From the NCBI GenBank assembly GCA_018715885.1, contig DVKT01000032.1, positions 14,307-78,306 on the forward strand: a DNA stretch of 64,000 nt, in the 5' to 3' direction. This DNA comes from Candidatus Caccoplasma intestinavium. GTDB taxonomy: Bacteria > Bacteroidota > Bacteroidia > Bacteroidales > UBA11471. Positions 61,695-64,000 of the stretch are shown piece after piece. Below the pieces are notes generated by a model that was not told the DNA's origin, ran no database searches, and saw only the letters and a list, made by a program, of their open reading frames with translations. The stretch's first letter is position 1, and each line of letters starts with the position of its first letter. The position numbers and the translations under genes were made by a program.

Positions 61695-63107
61695 ATGAGA
61701 AAGAGTGAGATGAAGAGATGGATTGTCGTCTGTGTTTTTACGATATTGCTTCCTTCGTTTGCGTGGGGGCAAAAGAATTCTACCGATACGGTTTCTTCGT
61801 ATGAGAATCGGTTCATACGGCCTCTTGTCGATGTATTGCAGGAGATAGAGCAAAGGTTTGGTGTCCGTTTGAAGTTCACTCCGGCAGATATAGAAGGAAA
61901 GATGCTCACGTATGCCGATTTCCGTATCCGGCCTTATTCCCTCGAAGAGACATTGCAGAATGTATTTTCTCCCACCGAGTTCAAGTTTGAGCGACAAAAG
62001 AAACAGGTTTATAGAATAAGACCTTATGAGTATTACCGTCGCACGCCGGCCGACGGGGAGAAGCTGTTGGCATGGCTGCATGGGAAATACCGTAGTCGGG
62101 AAGAATGGGAAGTTCGCCGCTCTGTCTTGAAATCGGATTTCCGCAGATTGTTGGGGATAGACCCTTTATTGGCCAAATCGGTCGATTCTCCTCGGAGTTT
62201 TAAGGGAAAAGAGCGTAAATATGATGGCTATACTGTACAGAATTTTGCCCTCGAAACGTTGCCCGACCTCTATGTTTGCGGTTCGATATATGCCCCGACG
62301 AAAAGGGGACGGCATTCTTTGATTATGATGCCTGTCGGTCATTGGGCCGATGCCCGTTATAATCCCGATATGCAGTACCGCTTTGCGGCATTGGCACGTG
62401 CCGGTGCGGTATGTGTCTCTTTCGATCTTGTAGGTTGGGGAGAATCGGAAATGCAACTTGGTAAAGGTTCTCATAATACTGCTCTTTCTCAGCCGTTGCA
62501 ATGCCTGTGGGGAGTGAAAATACTCGATTGGATTTTGGCCGACCGTAAGGATATCGATAAGCGGCGCATCGGGGTATGCGGTGGTTCCGGAGGTGGTACG
62601 CTCTCGGTATTTCTTACTTTGCTCGACGAGCGCTATACGGCGGCTGCACCGGCCATGTCGTTTACTTCGCATTTCGATGGTGGTTGTCCTTGTGAGAGCG
62701 GTATGGGTACGACACGTGCTGCCGGGGGCAGTTGTAATGCCGAGTTGGTGGCAACTTTCGCCCCGAAACCTATGCTCGTTGTTTCTGATGGTGGGGACTG
62801 GACGGCCAGTGTGCCAACACTCGAATATCCTTTTTTACAAGATATTTACGGTTATTATGGAGCGAAACAGCAAGTTCGCAATGCTCATTTTCCCGATGAA
62901 CGGCACCAATTCACTCCGGCCAAGCGGCAAGCCGTCTATGACTTTTTTATCGAAGTTTTCGGTCTCGACGGAGATAGGTGCGATGAAAGCCGGGTAACGC
63001 TCGAAAGTCCCGCACAGTTGCAAATGTTCGGTTGTCCCGAAAAATTTCCCGCGGGTTCTGTTTTTTCTTTGGCCGAACTTAAATCTCTGATGGCTGCTCC
63101 GGAATAA
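61695..63107 (+). CDS. Secreted alpha/beta-hydrolase (acetylxylan esterase-like) with N-terminal STN/FecR-C-like domain
   Basis: GGSGGG nucleophile elbow, GGCPCESG, FAPKP.LVVSDGGDW and catalytic His region ERHQF. Confidence 0.75.
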   Translation: MRKSEMKRWIVVCVFTILLPSFAWGQKNSTDTVSSYENRFIRPLVDVLQEIEQRFGVRLKFTPADIEGKMLTYADFRIRPYSLEETLQNVFSPTEFKFERQKKQVYRIRPYEYYRRTPADGEKLLAWLHGKYRSREEWEVRRSVLKSDFRRLLGIDPLLAKSVDSPRSFKGKERKYDGYTVQNFALETLPDLYVCGSIYAPTKRGRHSLIMMPVGHWADARYNPDMQYRFAALARAGAVCVSFDLVGWGESEMQLGKGSHNTALSQPLQCLWGVKILDWILADRKDIDKRRIGVCGGSGGGTLSVFLTLLDERYTAAAPAMSFTSHFDGGCPCESGMGTTRAAGGSCNAELVATFAPKPMLVVSDGGDWTASVPTLEYPFLQDIYGYYGAKQQVRNAHFPDERHQFTPAKRQAVYDFFIEVFGLDGDRCDESRVTLESPAQLQMFGCPEKFPAGSVFSLAELKSLMAAPE

Positions 63108-63159
63108 ACGAGTGTTTTTTCTTTTCTCGCATATACCCGCTTTCAAGGGGAATGAGAGT

Positions 63160-63999
63160 TTATCGTATGAATCGGGGAGGAATGAAAAGGTGTCTGTAAA
63201 GTTTATACCAGATGATGCGTTGCCTCATGTGAGGGTATCTAAGATGCCACATATCTGCAATTTCCCGACGTCGTATAGGGTTCTGTACATGACGTAGAGC
63301 ACGTCGGGCATGGCGTATGATGCGTCCTTCGATGGCCCATCGGGTACGGCGGGGCAATTCGATTAGAGAAAAGAAAATATCGTAAAGCCGCAGTAATTCC
63401 GCCAATCCCGTCCCGTCGGTACGCGATGTCTGGGTAACTTTTACCTCGTGTTGGCGGAAGTTGTTATAGGGGGCATTGATGTGTGCCACTTTTCCCTGCA
63501 ATGCGATTTCGACCCAAAACAACCAGTCTCCGTTCAATCGGAATTGCATATAGGTCTTGTCGGCAGGAATGGCTGCTTTTCGGAAAACGACCATGCTGGC
63601 ATTGTATATCGTGTTGCAGCGCAGCATGTTCCGTAGAACGAAATCATGCCCATCCCACATGTCGCATGGCGAACTTTTGGAATAGGCTCCTTTCATACGT
63701 TTTTTCATTGGGCGGCTTTCGGCATCGACGAGGCGGCTTTCGGTATATGCCAACGTGCAGGACGGCTCGTTTTCGAGCTGTTCTACGCATGAGGAGAGAA
63801 ATCCGGGGTCGGCGAAGTCATCGCTTTCGGCTATCCATATATATTCGCCTTGTGCAAAGTCAAAACCCTTTTGCCATTGCATGAATGTAGACCCGCTGTT
63901 GCGTTCGTTATATACGATGTGGGCTATTTTTTCCCGGGTGCGGTAAGTCTCGATGATTTCTCGGGAATCATCGGGCGAACAGTCGTCGAGAATGATTAC
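63160..63999 (-). CDS. Glycosyltransferase family 2, 5'-truncated by the window
   Basis: Frame is open to the window edge: VIILDDCSPD, NSGSTF.QW.KG, WIAESDD and GDWLFW motifs. Confidence 0.92.
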   Translation of the reverse strand, partial: VIILDDCSPDDSREIIETYRTREKIAHIVYNERNSGSTFMQWQKGFDFAQGEYIWIAESDDFADPGFLSSCVEQLENEPSCTLAYTESRLVDAESRPMKKRMKGAYSKSSPCDMWDGHDFVLRNMLRCNTIYNASMVVFRKAAIPADKTYMQFRLNGDWLFWVEIALQGKVAHINAPYNNFRQHEVKVTQTSRTDGTGLAELLRLYDIFFSLIELPRRTRWAIEGRIIRHARRALRHVQNPIRRREIADMWHLRYPHMRQRIIWYKLYRHLFIPPRFIR

Positions 64000-64000
64000 T

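Overview
A chromosomal segment from a Bacteroidales bacterium, inferred from the TAnnTTTG -7 promoter elements, the short 286-aa primary sigma factor, the T9SS-type C-termini and the gene content. It is mostly housekeeping and carbohydrate genes: an RND efflux operon, M23-dxr-rseP-rlmI-DPP III, an OmpA protein, leuA-leuC-leuD-cimA-leuB, rpoD, degP, RNase P RNA, xylB-xylA-xylE, ridA, folC, a chromate transporter pair, tRNA-Ser, GNATs, map and scattered pectin-type CAZymes. Four things stand out. (1) An unlisted 25-aa Leu/Ile-rich leader peptide with a terminator and an alternative antiterminator pairing in front of the leu/cim operon. (2) An accessory block at 21.6-29.0 kb holding an orphan three-gene module that resembles a phage tail tip (fibre-like N-terminus fused to a clan-A-like glycosidase, a small protein, an LRR protein), followed by two BspA-like T9SS cargo genes; the second is bracketed by twin hairpins with an inverted loop. 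(3) Three clusters of TGTC-tagged, structurally covarying REP-like hairpins whose spacers are shared and reshuffled between loci. (4) A LytM/M23 protein that has lost all its zinc ligands. All calls are by-eye motif recognition; no searches were run.
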